A stretch of DNA of 64,000 nucleotides from Candidatus Obscuribacterales bacterium (GTDB lineage: Bacteria > Cyanobacteriota > Vampirovibrionia > Obscuribacterales > Obscuribacteraceae). The stretch is taken from positions 1,760,001 through 1,824,000 of the forward strand of contig CBDDIJ010000003.1 of the NCBI GenBank assembly GCA_965228855.1, written 5' to 3'. Each line of letters opens with the position of its first letter. Within the stretch, counting starts at the first letter, position 1. Of the stretch, positions 19,257-29,232 are shown in pieces. Under the pieces are notes generated by a model. It was given only the letters and a program-made list of their open reading frames with translations, was not told where the DNA came from and did no database searches. The translations under genes were made by a program, and so were the position numbers.

Positions 19257-19286
19257 ACTGGAGCTTCCGCGCGGTTGACTACCGCA

Positions 19287-21158
19287 TTACTCATCTTTCC
19301 GATAGAGCTCAAACATATCATTCTCTAGTTCTGGGACAGGTCCAGAGTCTAGCTTTTCGAGCTTCTCTCCAATACTTCTTTTGCCCTTCTCCGAAAGGAA
19401 CTTGCAACTGCTCACGTTCAACGAACGCAAAGTTTTCATCTGCCCTAGATATTCAAGAGCTTTATCCGTGATGGGAGTAAATCGGATATCCAGGTCACGA
19501 AGATTCAGCTTCGCCAGCTCCCTGACGTCTGAATCGTTCAACTCAACACCTGAAATTCGAAGCACTCTTAATCGTTTAAGCTTATGCAAATTCTTCACGG
19601 TCTGGCTGGAAATCCGGGTTTGACAGATGCTTAAGAATTCAAGATTTGGAAATAGCTCGAACAAGTGTTTCGCTACGTTGTCGTCGATTTCAACTAAATT
19701 CTTGACGTCGAGATGTTTCAATCTGGGACTTGCGGCAAATTGCATGATCCCCTGGCCCGTCACTTTGCTGTTTTGAAGATCAAGCCATTCAAGTTCTTTA
19801 AGTTGGTTGAGCAGAGGAATAACGTCATCGCCAACGCTCGTCCCCCTGAGTTCCAGCCGTGTCAAAGGCATTCCAGCAGAAACAAGCGCCTCCACGCCCT
19901 TCCGAGTAACATTATGGTTATCGTAGAACCGCAAACAGACAATTGGTTCTCCGGCGATCAGAACAAGATCGTCGTCAGTTACTTGTTCTGAGGCGATATA
20001 CGCACTAGGCGCTTGGTCCGGCATGAACCTCTTGGAGAGCACTTCCCTCACGGCAGTCTCTTTGTTTATGCCATGCGTTTTTTCATGAACTTCTTTAGCC
20101 GCTTCAACAATCGCTTTTGCCTCAAGTTTTGCTTGCCTCTTTGTCTCACGCTTGTCGACATTGATGAGATAAACCGCTGATGCACCAACGCCGAACACAA
20201 CCAACAAGATCACGATTGGGAGAGTAAAATTCCTTCTTTGAGGCTCGATTGTTCTCTGCGGAAGCGGCGTTCGCTCTTTGATTTGCTCAGCAACAGAAGA
20301 TAGTGCGATTCGAAAGTCGACGGCGCTTTCGTATCTGTCGGATTGATTGAAAGCTAGAGCTTTCTGTAATACTTCGTTTACGACGTCATTTGTAGTTTGA
20401 TCCGGTACAACAGACAGAGGGATGTTTAGCGGCGCTCCGTTTAATCGCTCGCCGATGATTTTCATAATATTGAGGTCTTCAAACGGCAATTTACCCAGCA
20501 CCATTTTCAGTATCACTAGCCCGAGCGCGAAGATGTCAGAGCGCTCGCCGGACTCCTCGCCGCGTAGCTGCTCGGGGCTCATGTATAAGATCGTTCCAAC
20601 CGGCTGTCCAGGTCTGGTTAAGCGCCAATCGGTTTCATCCATGTCCACGATACGAGCGACACCAAAGTCGAGAATCTTAGCGGTGCCATCATTGCAAATC
20701 ATGATGTTCCCAGGTTTTAAATCTCGATGAATGACGTCGTTTGCATGAGCGTGCTCAATCGCTATACAAAGTTGCACCCCTATGCTGATTGCCTCTTCAA
20801 CTGATACTCGGCCACGTTCTTCCAATAAGGAGTCCAGGGTTCGACCAGATACTTTCTCCATCACGAGGTAGGGTTCACCGGCTTCGGTGTAACCAAAATC
20901 AAGAACCTGAACTATGTGCGGATTATTGAGCTTGCTAACCGCTTTGGCTTCCTGATGAAACCGCATTACGAGAATTGCATTTTCAAAATTCGGCGGCAAC
21001 AGTTTAATAGCCACCGGTCGGTTAAGATGCCCATCTTGCGCACCAATAACGCGCCCCATACCTCCGCGCCCGAGGAGTTCGAACGCAGAGTAGCGCACGC
21101 ACAAATCTGGTGGCGCGAGATTATCAAGATTTTCGTTTGAGTTCATCTTGTCGGACAC
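19287..21158 (-). CDS. Hanks-type Ser/Thr kinase - TM - leucine-rich repeats
   Basis: GRGGMG, VAIK, RFHQEAKA, HRDLKPGN, DFG, YMSPE; TM; LRRs such as LEWLDLQNSKVT. Confidence 0.93.
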   Translation of the reverse strand: MSDKMNSNENLDNLAPPDLCVRYSAFELLGRGGMGRVIGAQDGHLNRPVAIKLLPPNFENAILVMRFHQEAKAVSKLNNPHIVQVLDFGYTEAGEPYLVMEKVSGRTLDSLLEERGRVSVEEAISIGVQLCIAIEHAHANDVIHRDLKPGNIMICNDGTAKILDFGVARIVDMDETDWRLTRPGQPVGTILYMSPEQLRGEESGERSDIFALGLVILKMVLGKLPFEDLNIMKIIGERLNGAPLNIPLSVVPDQTTNDVVNEVLQKALAFNQSDRYESAVDFRIALSSVAEQIKERTPLPQRTIEPQRRNFTLPIVILLVVFGVGASAVYLINVDKRETKRQAKLEAKAIVEAAKEVHEKTHGINKETAVREVLSKRFMPDQAPSAYIASEQVTDDDLVLIAGEPIVCLRFYDNHNVTRKGVEALVSAGMPLTRLELRGTSVGDDVIPLLNQLKELEWLDLQNSKVTGQGIMQFAASPRLKHLDVKNLVEIDDNVAKHLFELFPNLEFLSICQTRISSQTVKNLHKLKRLRVLRISGVELNDSDVRELAKLNLRDLDIRFTPITDKALEYLGQMKTLRSLNVSSCKFLSEKGKRSIGEKLEKLDSGPVPELENDMFELYRKDE

Positions 21159-21336
21159 GGAGCTAAACGAATATTGTGAGCGGTTGGACGCAGGCGTTGA
21201 GTTAAACCGTTAATAGTTTATATCAAGTGTTGAACTGATATGGTTTTTCAAGCACAATTTGGACAGTCCGGTCAAATGTCCTGTTTCAACCCACCCCGGC
21301 AATTGTTAGAAACAACTCTGAACCCTGGTAATTGAA

Positions 21337-22578
21337 ATGCACTTCATTGTCACCGCCATTGGTAGCGCCGGCGATATCAACCCGCTGCTGATGATTGCAT
21401 CAGAGATCCGCAGGCGAGGTCACGATGTGGATTTTATAGCCAACGCCTACTTCGAACAAAAAATACTTGCTGCAGAATTGAATTTTCTCGCACTGGGAAC
21501 GCTTGAAGACTACCAACGCGCCGTCGCAGATCCTGAGATGTGGAACCCTAAGAAAGGGTTTCAAGCGGTCTGGCGAACACTGAGAGAAGCTCTTCCCATT
21601 AACACGGATCTTATCGAGAGCCGCCTCAGAAAAGAGACTGTTTTAATCGGCTCCACCCTTGCGTTTGCTAGCCGTATTATTCAGGAGAAGCACGGCAATA
21701 AAGGCTCAACAATACATCTTGCGCCCAGCTGCATAATTTCAGGGCATGAGCCGATGGCGATGCCGGGAATTTACTGGCTGCCCAAAATGCCCCTGGCGTT
21801 CCGCCACTGGATGATGAGCACGATTGATTCCTTCTGGCTGGACGGCGCATGCCGAGAAGATCTGAATAAATTCCGCGCCACACACGGTCTCTCTCCAGTT
21901 AAAAGCATAATGAAAAACTGGATGCATTCGCCCGATCAAGTTATATGCGCATTTCCTGAATGGTATGGAAAACCGCAATCGGATTGGCCACCAAATACGG
22001 TGACGACTGGATTTCCAATCTATGACCGACCGGAAGATCAATCGTTAACACCAGAGCTGGAGAACTTTCTACTCAGCGGAGAAGCGCCTCTGGTCTTCAC
22101 CGCCGGCTCAGCCATGGCACATGCCAGAGAGCATTTTGAAACTGCTGTTGCGGCTACCGAATTGGCAGGCATGCGAGCAGTTCTCGTTTCAGCATATCCG
22201 GAACAGATTCCTACTTCATTACCAGCTAATATCATTCACGTACCCTACGCACCATTCGCGGTGCTCTTCCCACGGGCGGCCGCAGTTCAGCATCACGGCG
22301 GAATTGGAACCAGCGCCCAATGTTTAGCCGCAGGAGTTGCACAGTTAGTTTCTCCTTTTGCTCACGATCAGTTCGACAACGCGTTTCGACTGCGGCGTCT
22401 GGGCGTTGCTAAAGAAGTGAACAGTTTAAACCCGCGAGCATGGTCGAAGGTTTTAAAGGAATTGGCATACGATGAGCAAATAAAGAATGCATGCAGTTAT
22501 GTGAAATCACTCATGAATAGCGGTCCGCGGGCAACTGAGCTGATTGCAGAAGCAGTGGAAAAATTGGGACAAAAATAG
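21337..22578 (+). CDS. GT1 family glycosyltransferase, RhlB-like
   Basis: AIGSAGDINPL, VFTAGS, HHGGIGT, PFAHDQFDNA. Confidence 0.9.
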   Translation: MHFIVTAIGSAGDINPLLMIASEIRRRGHDVDFIANAYFEQKILAAELNFLALGTLEDYQRAVADPEMWNPKKGFQAVWRTLREALPINTDLIESRLRKETVLIGSTLAFASRIIQEKHGNKGSTIHLAPSCIISGHEPMAMPGIYWLPKMPLAFRHWMMSTIDSFWLDGACREDLNKFRATHGLSPVKSIMKNWMHSPDQVICAFPEWYGKPQSDWPPNTVTTGFPIYDRPEDQSLTPELENFLLSGEAPLVFTAGSAMAHAREHFETAVAATELAGMRAVLVSAYPEQIPTSLPANIIHVPYAPFAVLFPRAAAVQHHGGIGTSAQCLAAGVAQLVSPFAHDQFDNAFRLRRLGVAKEVNSLNPRAWSKVLKELAYDEQIKNACSYVKSLMNSGPRATELIAEAVEKLGQK

Positions 22579-22807
22579 TAACCCCGCAGAGCTAACTTGC
22601 CTGCGGGGAAGAGACCTGAGTCCCTTTTTAAATAATGTGATTCCACAGCCATTCAATACTTTGTTGCAGATACAACTCTGCAGAGTTTGGAGTGGAATCA
22701 CGTTATGCATACTAGAGGGGATGAGTCTTCGAAAAGTTCCAACTCTTGAAAAACTTTTTGAGGAAATCCTTCACGAACCGTTCTCATCACAGGAGCTGAT
22801 GCGAGTT

Positions 22808-23224
22808 CTACAGAGCCGACTCCGCACGCTGTTTGATGTACTGCAGTCTCTTGTCCATGTCCTTCTCTGCTTGCGAATTCAAAATCTGATCTTTGAAGGG
22901 AAACTGCAGTTCAATATCGAGGTTCGCTGTCAAATCGACATCAGTGGTACCACCGTTAGGACGAATAACCCACGCGCCTTCGAACACGGAAAGTTTGTCT
23001 CCCCGCACCAATTTGAAATCGATCCGGCTGAAAGGCGTTTCGGTTTCCTCATAAACAACCTTCGAACTTCCCACCATTGGAAGCCCGCCAAATTCTTCTT
23101 CGACTACGGTCTTCGGTCCTTCCTGGAAGATCACTGATCTGGCCGATGGTTCAGAGGTGCGGTAGCTTATGATTGCGTCCCATACGGCTTGAGGACTGGC
23201 GTTGACTGTGATCGACTTTTTCAT
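22808..23224 (-). CDS. SRPBCC / polyketide cyclase-dehydrase family protein
   Basis: SITVNASPQAVWDAI, LVRGDKLSVFEGAWVI, LQYIKQRAE. Confidence 0.8.
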   Translation of the reverse strand: MKKSITVNASPQAVWDAIISYRTSEPSARSVIFQEGPKTVVEEEFGGLPMVGSSKVVYEETETPFSRIDFKLVRGDKLSVFEGAWVIRPNGGTTDVDLTANLDIELQFPFKDQILNSQAEKDMDKRLQYIKQRAESAL

Positions 23225-23563
23225 GACTTCCCTTAAAGTGCCAAACTGCCATTTTAACCGACTTTCGTAGATCAGTAATCCTCATGAAAGCCCCCAGATT
23301 GGCGGTTTTTACAGAATGCTGCGCAGGAAGCTTAAGAGAGCCTTTCTTTTAGTCAATTCTCACAATCTTGACCTTATATATAAGGAATAAACCAACGAAG
23401 TGCACAGTCCGTCAGAGAACTTGGAACGTGGAACGTGGATTTCGATTAAACCCGTAAAAGCTGACCCGGGAGGGTCTCCATCCGAAACACTGCGACAGAT
23501 TCAGCGTCATTAGTTTCAGGTGGATATGCCATAAAAGGCGTAGCCGGCAAGGAGGCCAGGCAG

Positions 23564-23788
23564 ATGGTAGCAAGATTACAGCATTTAAGCCCCAGTATTT
23601 GGGTCTTTCGCCACGATGGCATGAACATGGAGTTCAACTCCCTGGAAGCTGCAATTGCTTATGTGCGCGGGTTTAAGTCCGTTTCGGACTCTTCAAAACT
23701 TCGCTCCCTCTACGGAGAGCGGCTGATAATAAATCCGGCACAAATAAGTGAAACGGCGAATTGCTGCGTCGAACTCCTAGCTAACTGA
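23564..23788 (+). CDS. Small hypothetical protein (74 aa)
   Basis: AAGGAGG RBS 8 nt upstream of ATG; no family recognised. Confidence 0.5.
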   Translation: MVARLQHLSPSIWVFRHDGMNMEFNSLEAAIAYVRGFKSVSDSSKLRSLYGERLIINPAQISETANCCVELLAN

Positions 23789-24042
23789 TCCTTTTATTCG
23801 GCTTTCAAAAGAGTAGTAGCAGTCGTTTAAACAGTGAATCCGTCCGGCTTCGCCGGAAATTCCCTGACGGACCTCCATATCTTGGCATTTTCATAATTTA
23901 TTTAGATTTCACGCACAATGCCACCATATGCGCTACCATTCGGGCACATTATATGGGTACATCCCATGTAAACTAATCCGAAATTGCAGAGCGCGAAAGT
24001 CTAGATTGGAGCAGCATTAAACGAAATAAACTTCTTCAACTC

Positions 24043-24071
24043 TTGACACCCCACCCACTTGTAAACATGAT
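24043..24071 (+). promoter_or_regulatory. Putative sigma70 promoter for 24111..25319
   Basis: TTGACA (24043-24048), 17-nt spacer, CATGAT (24066-24071). Confidence 0.5.
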
Positions 24072-24110
24072 GGATAAGGGACCCCACGCGAAGCAAAGGT
24101 ATTCCACTCA

Positions 24111-25319
24111 ATGAATCAACGAACCGCAGCCATAATCATCGATACAGGTTTTTCGGAAGAGTCCATGAAGACCGCGAAAAACATCCTGGCGATACTCGAC
24201 GTGCGCACAGGCAGTGTGATTAGCGGCTTCCCCTACCTCTCCTGGGAGTACAACAAGGAAGCGTTGACCTCTTTTGCCGGTGACCCTTACAACCACGGCA
24301 GTTCGGTCTTGTCAGCTTTGATGCAGCAGTCTCCGGAACTCCCGGTGATTCTTGTGCGCGCGTTCAACGATGGAAAGTTTATTCGGACAACGTTTGTCGA
24401 TGGTCAAATAGTTAAGCCTGGCTGGACCGAGGCGTATAAGACCGCAGTAGCCATCTGCAAAAATCTCGGAATCAGCTCCGTAGCTAACCTCTCATTCGGC
24501 GGCTACACCCACGCAGCCGATGGAAGCGGATGGGAATCATTCTGCCTGGGCTCCGCAACGGGACCCGGCAAGCCCGGACACATTGTCGTTGCCGGCGCAG
24601 GCGCCGGTGGCGGCGACCCTATCCACTCATCGTGGAGAACCGAGCCGGGACAGAGCACCGAAGTCACCGCCTACCAGCACGACACGACAACCTACAATTT
24701 CTGGTGTTCAGCCGAAGCTGACTCACATCAATTCAATGACTGGTTGCTTGAGGTTTTCCTAGACGGCAATAAGCTCGGCGAAGAATTCGGCGGCGATTTG
24801 ATACCCAACTTCTGGAACAATCGAAAGCAAGTAACATTCCAAGTCGATGGACCGGGAACAGTTACAATTCGCACGACCCGCTTCTGGGGTGCCGATCGTC
24901 GGTTCAAAGGCTTGCAGGTTGCTCACAACTTCGCTCAGAACCACGATCAATTCCATTGCGCAAAACCGCGTCCAATCAATCTTCATCGCAGAGATCCGCT
25001 CAGATTCGATTGCTGGATCAATCAGGCGACTGCGCATTTTGCAGATCACCATGATGCGATGACGATTGCAGAACCGGCAATTTTCCCTCACGTGATTGCA
25101 GTAGGTTTAAACCAAGGGAAGTATTCGGCTGATCAATTCGAGCGTGGCGCGAAACCGGATCTCTTGATCGACGGCGACGGTCCTGTGAGTTTCAGACTAC
25201 CGGAGGTCGTTGCAGAAATCGCAAGATATCTCGACGAAGATCCGTCACTGGATATGGTGGCAGTAAGAAACCGCCTCCTAGGTATCGACGTCGCGGTTGC
25301 AGACGAGCAAACAGCTTAG
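24111..25319 (+). CDS. Divergent S8 subtilase-fold protein with internal insertion (Csp-like layout)
   Basis: IIIDTGF (Asp), NHGSSV (His), VVAGAGAG (AAGN position), TIAEPAIFPHVIAVG, KPDLLIDG, PVSFRLPEVVA (Ser position). Confidence 0.75.
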   Translation: MNQRTAAIIIDTGFSEESMKTAKNILAILDVRTGSVISGFPYLSWEYNKEALTSFAGDPYNHGSSVLSALMQQSPELPVILVRAFNDGKFIRTTFVDGQIVKPGWTEAYKTAVAICKNLGISSVANLSFGGYTHAADGSGWESFCLGSATGPGKPGHIVVAGAGAGGGDPIHSSWRTEPGQSTEVTAYQHDTTTYNFWCSAEADSHQFNDWLLEVFLDGNKLGEEFGGDLIPNFWNNRKQVTFQVDGPGTVTIRTTRFWGADRRFKGLQVAHNFAQNHDQFHCAKPRPINLHRRDPLRFDCWINQATAHFADHHDAMTIAEPAIFPHVIAVGLNQGKYSADQFERGAKPDLLIDGDGPVSFRLPEVVAEIARYLDEDPSLDMVAVRNRLLGIDVAVADEQTA

Positions 25320-25344
25320 TCTTCGAATCAAATTAACGAAGTTT

Positions 25345-25373
25345 CAAAAGCCGTGTTAGTCACACGGCTTTTG
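25345..25373. terminator. Bidirectional intrinsic terminator
   Basis: CAAAAGCCGTGT/ACACGGCTTTTG between convergent genes. Confidence 0.8.
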
Positions 25374-25403
25374 CTTTCTGACAGGATTCAAAAGTTTCAC
25401 CAG

Positions 25404-25742
25404 CTAGTCTTCAACGAATGCCTTCAAGCGCGACAACGCGTCATCCCATTGCGAAGAAACCAGATCAAGGTAATCTCGCAACTCATTCAGAGGATGGGCG
25501 TTAAGCTCGAATAAATTCTCGCGGCCAGACGGCCTGCTATTCACGATTCCGACGCCCTCAAGAACGCGCAAGTGCTTCGTCACTGCTTGCCGGGTCAACT
25601 CTGTACCTTCAGTGAGTTGTGAAATTGACTGCGGCTCACCGTTCGAGAGTCTTCGCACAAGCGTGAGCCGCGTCTCGTCTCCGAGCGCGGCAAACACCGG
25701 TGCATGATTTTTCTGCTTTGCTCTTCGACTAGCTGACATATT
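25404..25742 (-). CDS. ArsR/SmtB family transcriptional regulator
   Basis: VFAALGDETRLTLV, LTRQAVTKHLRVLEGVGIV, GRE, WDDALSRLKAFVE; likely start is the ATG of MSASRR overlapping the upstream stop. Confidence 0.88.
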   Translation of the reverse strand, partial: NMSASRRAKQKNHAPVFAALGDETRLTLVRRLSNGEPQSISQLTEGTELTRQAVTKHLRVLEGVGIVNSRPSGRENLFELNAHPLNELRDYLDLVSSQWDDALSRLKAFVED

Positions 25743-26184
25743 TTTGAATGTTGAGCATCTGCTCCTCCCAGCCACCTTCATTCATACGGAAAGCCTCATC
25801 ACGACGGTCTGCCGGTAGCTTCTCGAATCCGGATTCAACGACTGTGAGCAACGTGCCACCATCGATTGGCTTGAGAGTGAACTCAACAAGGGTAGTAGGC
25901 TCGTCCGAATAATCCTTCTCTGTGTCACACGCATATGGATGCCACGACAAAGTAAAAGTATGCTCCGGTTCTATCTTTTCGATTGTTGCCATCCACCTCA
26001 GGTGCTCGTAACCAGGGTAAGTGATGTGACCAGTCGACTTCTGCCCAACCTCAAACGGTGCATCGATCTTCACTCTAAACCATTCGCCGAACTTCTCGTG
26101 ATCGACGAGCGCCTGCCAAACTTTTGACTGCGGAGCCTTGAGCTCGATGTGTTTTTCAATTTTTGATTTCATTTTCGTATCCAT
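25729..26184 (-). CDS. SRPBCC (AHSA1-like) domain protein
   Basis: APQSKVWQAL, FGEWF, SWHPY, TLVEFTL, GTLLTVVESGF, GGWEEQM. Confidence 0.9.
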   Translation of the reverse strand: MDTKMKSKIEKHIELKAPQSKVWQALVDHEKFGEWFRVKIDAPFEVGQKSTGHITYPGYEHLRWMATIEKIEPEHTFTLSWHPYACDTEKDYSDEPTTLVEFTLKPIDGGTLLTVVESGFEKLPADRRDEAFRMNEGGWEEQMLNIQKYVS

Positions 26185-26190
26185 AAATTA

Positions 26191-26243
26191 GCAACCTCCA
26201 GGTTGCGTATTATTATAAACCAAAAACGCAACCTTTTTGTTGC
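26191..26243. promoter_or_regulatory. Two GCAAC-N6-GTTGC palindromes, likely operators of the adjacent ArsR
   Basis: GCAACCTCCAGGTTGC (26191-26206, overlaps GGAGG RBS on minus strand) and GCAACCTTTTTGTTGC (26228-26243). Confidence 0.7.
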
Positions 26244-26302
26244 ACATTGGATTAACTTTCGCCTGACGAAGGTGAAGAGTAACTATAAGCACTGACTGGT
26301 TC

Positions 26303-27262
26303 TCACTTGATCCGTTTAAAAACACGGACATAATCAACCACAAATTTTGCCGGAAACGGCGTCGTCACGTCAGGCGCGCCAGGCAGGTCACCACCCACAG
26401 CCAGGTTCAAAATCATATACATCTTTTCATGAGGTACGCCATCTTGAGAGACCGAAATACGCTTCCCATCGATGTAGCAAACGATTTCGCGCTCATTCCA
26501 AACTCCGGTAAGCGTGTGAAATTCTTCGGAAAAATCAGGGTGAAGCTCATAGCGTTTAGGCCCGTGCCAGGGATGAAAACCGTTGACGTGCGTACCATAA
26601 TGATTAGTCACTTCAATTATTTGGGGACGATGACCTAAAATCTCCATCCAATCAATTTCCGGCGGCCAGTTGCCGGAGGACGGCAACATCCAGAACGCAG
26701 GCCAATAGCCTTTGCCGGAAGGGACTTTGAAACGACAATCAAACCGTCCATACCGGACTGCAAACTTTTTTCTCGTGTCTAATTTTCCAGAAGTGAAGTG
26801 CTTTTTCTTGTCACCATCTTCGGTATCTTCTTTGCGTGCCTCGATGAAGAGGTAGCCATCATGTACGGTGCATGCTTTCGACCGATATGCTTGCAGTTCG
26901 TTATTGGCATTGTCCCAGTTGTTCACGACATTCCATTTCTTCAAATCGCTCGGACTGTCAAACTCGCAGTTCCAAATCAGCCTCCAGTGTTTACTTGAGT
27001 TCAACTCATCATGATTACTTTCGAGTGCATCGCCGGACTGAAGGACATTCAACTTGTACAGGTCAACCGGAACAACATGAGCGTCAGGAGCGTGTAAAAC
27101 TTCCTCAGCGTGCGCCGCCATTGCAGGCGATGCACTCGCGAATGCGAAAGCTACAATTGAAGTACTCGCGAGCGAAGTTATGGGAAACGCTTGCGCACAC
27201 AGTCCCGCCTTCGCAAACATGAGCGAGGCGAGTATCTCGATAGACGAGTTTAAGCGAAACAT
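26303..27262 (-). CDS. GH16 beta-glucanase/laminarinase-like, probably exported
   Basis: NNELQAY, FTSGKL, YGRF, GYWPAFWML, EIDWME, MYMILNLAVGG, VDYVRVF. Confidence 0.92.
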   Translation of the reverse strand: MFRLNSSIEILASLMFAKAGLCAQAFPITSLASTSIVAFAFASASPAMAAHAEEVLHAPDAHVVPVDLYKLNVLQSGDALESNHDELNSSKHWRLIWNCEFDSPSDLKKWNVVNNWDNANNELQAYRSKACTVHDGYLFIEARKEDTEDGDKKKHFTSGKLDTRKKFAVRYGRFDCRFKVPSGKGYWPAFWMLPSSGNWPPEIDWMEILGHRPQIIEVTNHYGTHVNGFHPWHGPKRYELHPDFSEEFHTLTGVWNEREIVCYIDGKRISVSQDGVPHEKMYMILNLAVGGDLPGAPDVTTPFPAKFVVDYVRVFKRIK

Positions 27263-27407
27263 GATTAGCCTCAGGAAATCGAATCTAGCTTAACTGATTG
27301 CGACAAGAGGTTAATTGCCTGACGATTGTTGATTAATCCGGAAGGAAATCAAGAGGAGGGATTTACTCTGGTACCTTAGAAAAGACAAGCGATTTTCTCA
27401 AGAAGCT

Positions 27408-28013
27408 ATGAAAAGCCCAGTACACCACATTTTTAGCCCGGCAGGCAGGTTTGAGACTTATGCGGAGTTCCGCAGACAAATCACTGCAGTCGCACGCGAG
27501 CAACTCTTCGAGAAGTATGCTCCGGTAGACAGTGCCGGCGATAAACTCGAGCAGTACACGAAATTAGGAACATTCCAAGACCCGAATGTAATCGAATTTG
27601 CATTCGTAGCCAGTAATAATAAGCTATCAGCTGTAATGCGAGCTGAACTGGTAGAGCCACCTCTTGGCGGAACCGAAATTTTGTACAGCATGGTCAACTC
27701 ACGTTTCAACTTCGTCCTGGTTTTCGCGCTCTCTATATACGTCATGTTCATGTTCATGTACATGCTGCTTGCTTGCACAGAAACCGTACCTCGGCTGGGA
27801 CACGATGCTACATACTGGGCTGTAGTCACGACTCTCACTGCAGCTATGTTAATCTGGTTCGAAATCGTTGGCGTAATTTCAACCAGGCGCAGACTGCAGG
27901 CAGTCATTAAAAGAGTCGTTGCCGAACTCCAGGTCGCGAAACGGCGCGAACCTTTCCCCTCAAAACGGCGAACACGTTGGCGCGAACTCAAAGCCCGCTT
28001 CAAATCATGCTAA
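27408..28013 (+). CDS. Hypothetical membrane protein (two TM)
   Basis: Two hydrophobic segments and a basic tail; fills an otherwise empty gap. Confidence 0.6.
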   Translation: MKSPVHHIFSPAGRFETYAEFRRQITAVAREQLFEKYAPVDSAGDKLEQYTKLGTFQDPNVIEFAFVASNNKLSAVMRAELVEPPLGGTEILYSMVNSRFNFVLVFALSIYVMFMFMYMLLACTETVPRLGHDATYWAVVTTLTAAMLIWFEIVGVISTRRRLQAVIKRVVAELQVAKRREPFPSKRRTRWRELKARFKSC

Positions 28014-28104
28014 GTTCACTCTTCGTCGGCAGGAACCGAGACGCAGGGAAGCGATAACTCCGGAGAAATGAGATAAACTCATCACATATCTTGGAGAAAA
28101 CATA

Positions 28105-28704
28105 ATGTCAACCGCCTCAACCTTGCTCGACATGCTTCACGCTCCTGCAAAACCAGCGACGCTGTCGAAAAGCGCCGTCATAATTGTCGACGCTCAAAGG
28201 GAGTATCTCGACGGCAACGTCAAACTCAGCGGTATCGAAGACGCATTGGTAGAGATTAAGAAGTTGCTCGCCAGAGCGCGCGCAGAAAAACGGCCGATTT
28301 TTCACATTGTTCATCACACCGCCCCTGGTGCGCCGATTTTTGCACCTGATAGTCCTACTTCAGCGATTATAGACTCGGTGAAACCTGAAGGCTCGGAGCC
28401 TGTAATTGCCAAGCCCCTGCCGAGCTCATTCGTGAATACGGACCTCGACAAATTCGTCAAGGAAACCGGCTGCGAAGAACTTGTGATTGCCGGCTTCATG
28501 ACTCATATGTGCATCAATGCCACCACGCGTAGTGCCGTAGACCTGGGCTATAGACCTACGGTTATTGGTTCGGCATGTGCAACTCGTGATTTACCTTCAC
28601 CTGATGGCAAAGTGATTTCGGCTGCAGTCCTACATGAAAGCAATCTCGCATCTCTTGCCGATTTACTTGCATGTGTTTGCAAAACGACCGACGATCTTAG
28701 CTAG
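28105..28704 (+). CDS. Isochorismatase/cysteine hydrolase
   Basis: IIVDAQREY, IAKPLPSSF, AGFMTHMCINAT. Confidence 0.92.
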   Translation: MSTASTLLDMLHAPAKPATLSKSAVIIVDAQREYLDGNVKLSGIEDALVEIKKLLARARAEKRPIFHIVHHTAPGAPIFAPDSPTSAIIDSVKPEGSEPVIAKPLPSSFVNTDLDKFVKETGCEELVIAGFMTHMCINATTRSAVDLGYRPTVIGSACATRDLPSPDGKVISAAVLHESNLASLADLLACVCKTTDDLS

Positions 28705-28746
28705 AGCGCCGGTCCTTTTCGTTTTCGTTAGAACTTAAATGCCAGT

Positions 28747-29232
28747 TTAAAGCGTATTCGCAACTTCGACGAGTTGATCGAAGCACTGCCCCCAGCCCTG
28801 CTCAAAACCCATCTCCTTGTGCTTCTTCTGTGTCTCTTCGTTGCCGTGGATTGCATAAGCAGTATATTTTGTGCCACCACTTCCGTTCGATTCGATGGTG
28901 ACAATTGCGGAGAAAAATGGTTGCGCTGCTGGACGATAACCCTTCGTCAGGCAGTCGCTCCAGACAAACTTCTGGCCTTCAACAACTTCGAGAACGCAGC
29001 CGCTGCAGGGCATATCCTCACCATCAGGAGAGCGCATAGTTGTAGTGAATTCACCGCCCGGAAAAAGTTCGAGCTTGCAATCAACCACTGTCCATGGCTT
29101 CGGCGCAAACCACTGTTTTATGATTTCCGGAGTCGTCCAGGCTTTCCAGACTTTCTCCGGCGACACGTCCGTCGTGCGCTCGAGAACAAGATCGAACTTC
29201 GGATCGATTTTTTGTGGTGCAGTAACTGTCAT
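28747..29232 (-). CDS. SRPBCC (AHSA1-like) domain protein
   Basis: SPEKVWKAWT, QWFAPKPW, PGGEFTTTMRSPDG, HKEMGFEQGWG. Confidence 0.92.
   Translation of the reverse strand: MTVTAPQKIDPKFDLVLERTTDVSPEKVWKAWTTPEIIKQWFAPKPWTVVDCKLELFPGGEFTTTMRSPDGEDMPCSGCVLEVVEGQKFVWSDCLTKGYRPAAQPFFSAIVTIESNGSGGTKYTAYAIHGNEETQKKHKEMGFEQGWGQCFDQLVEVANTL

Noticed and set aside
22544..23137. 197-aa plus-strand ORF
   Set aside because: Spans a structured intergenic region and is antisense to the SRPBCC gene.
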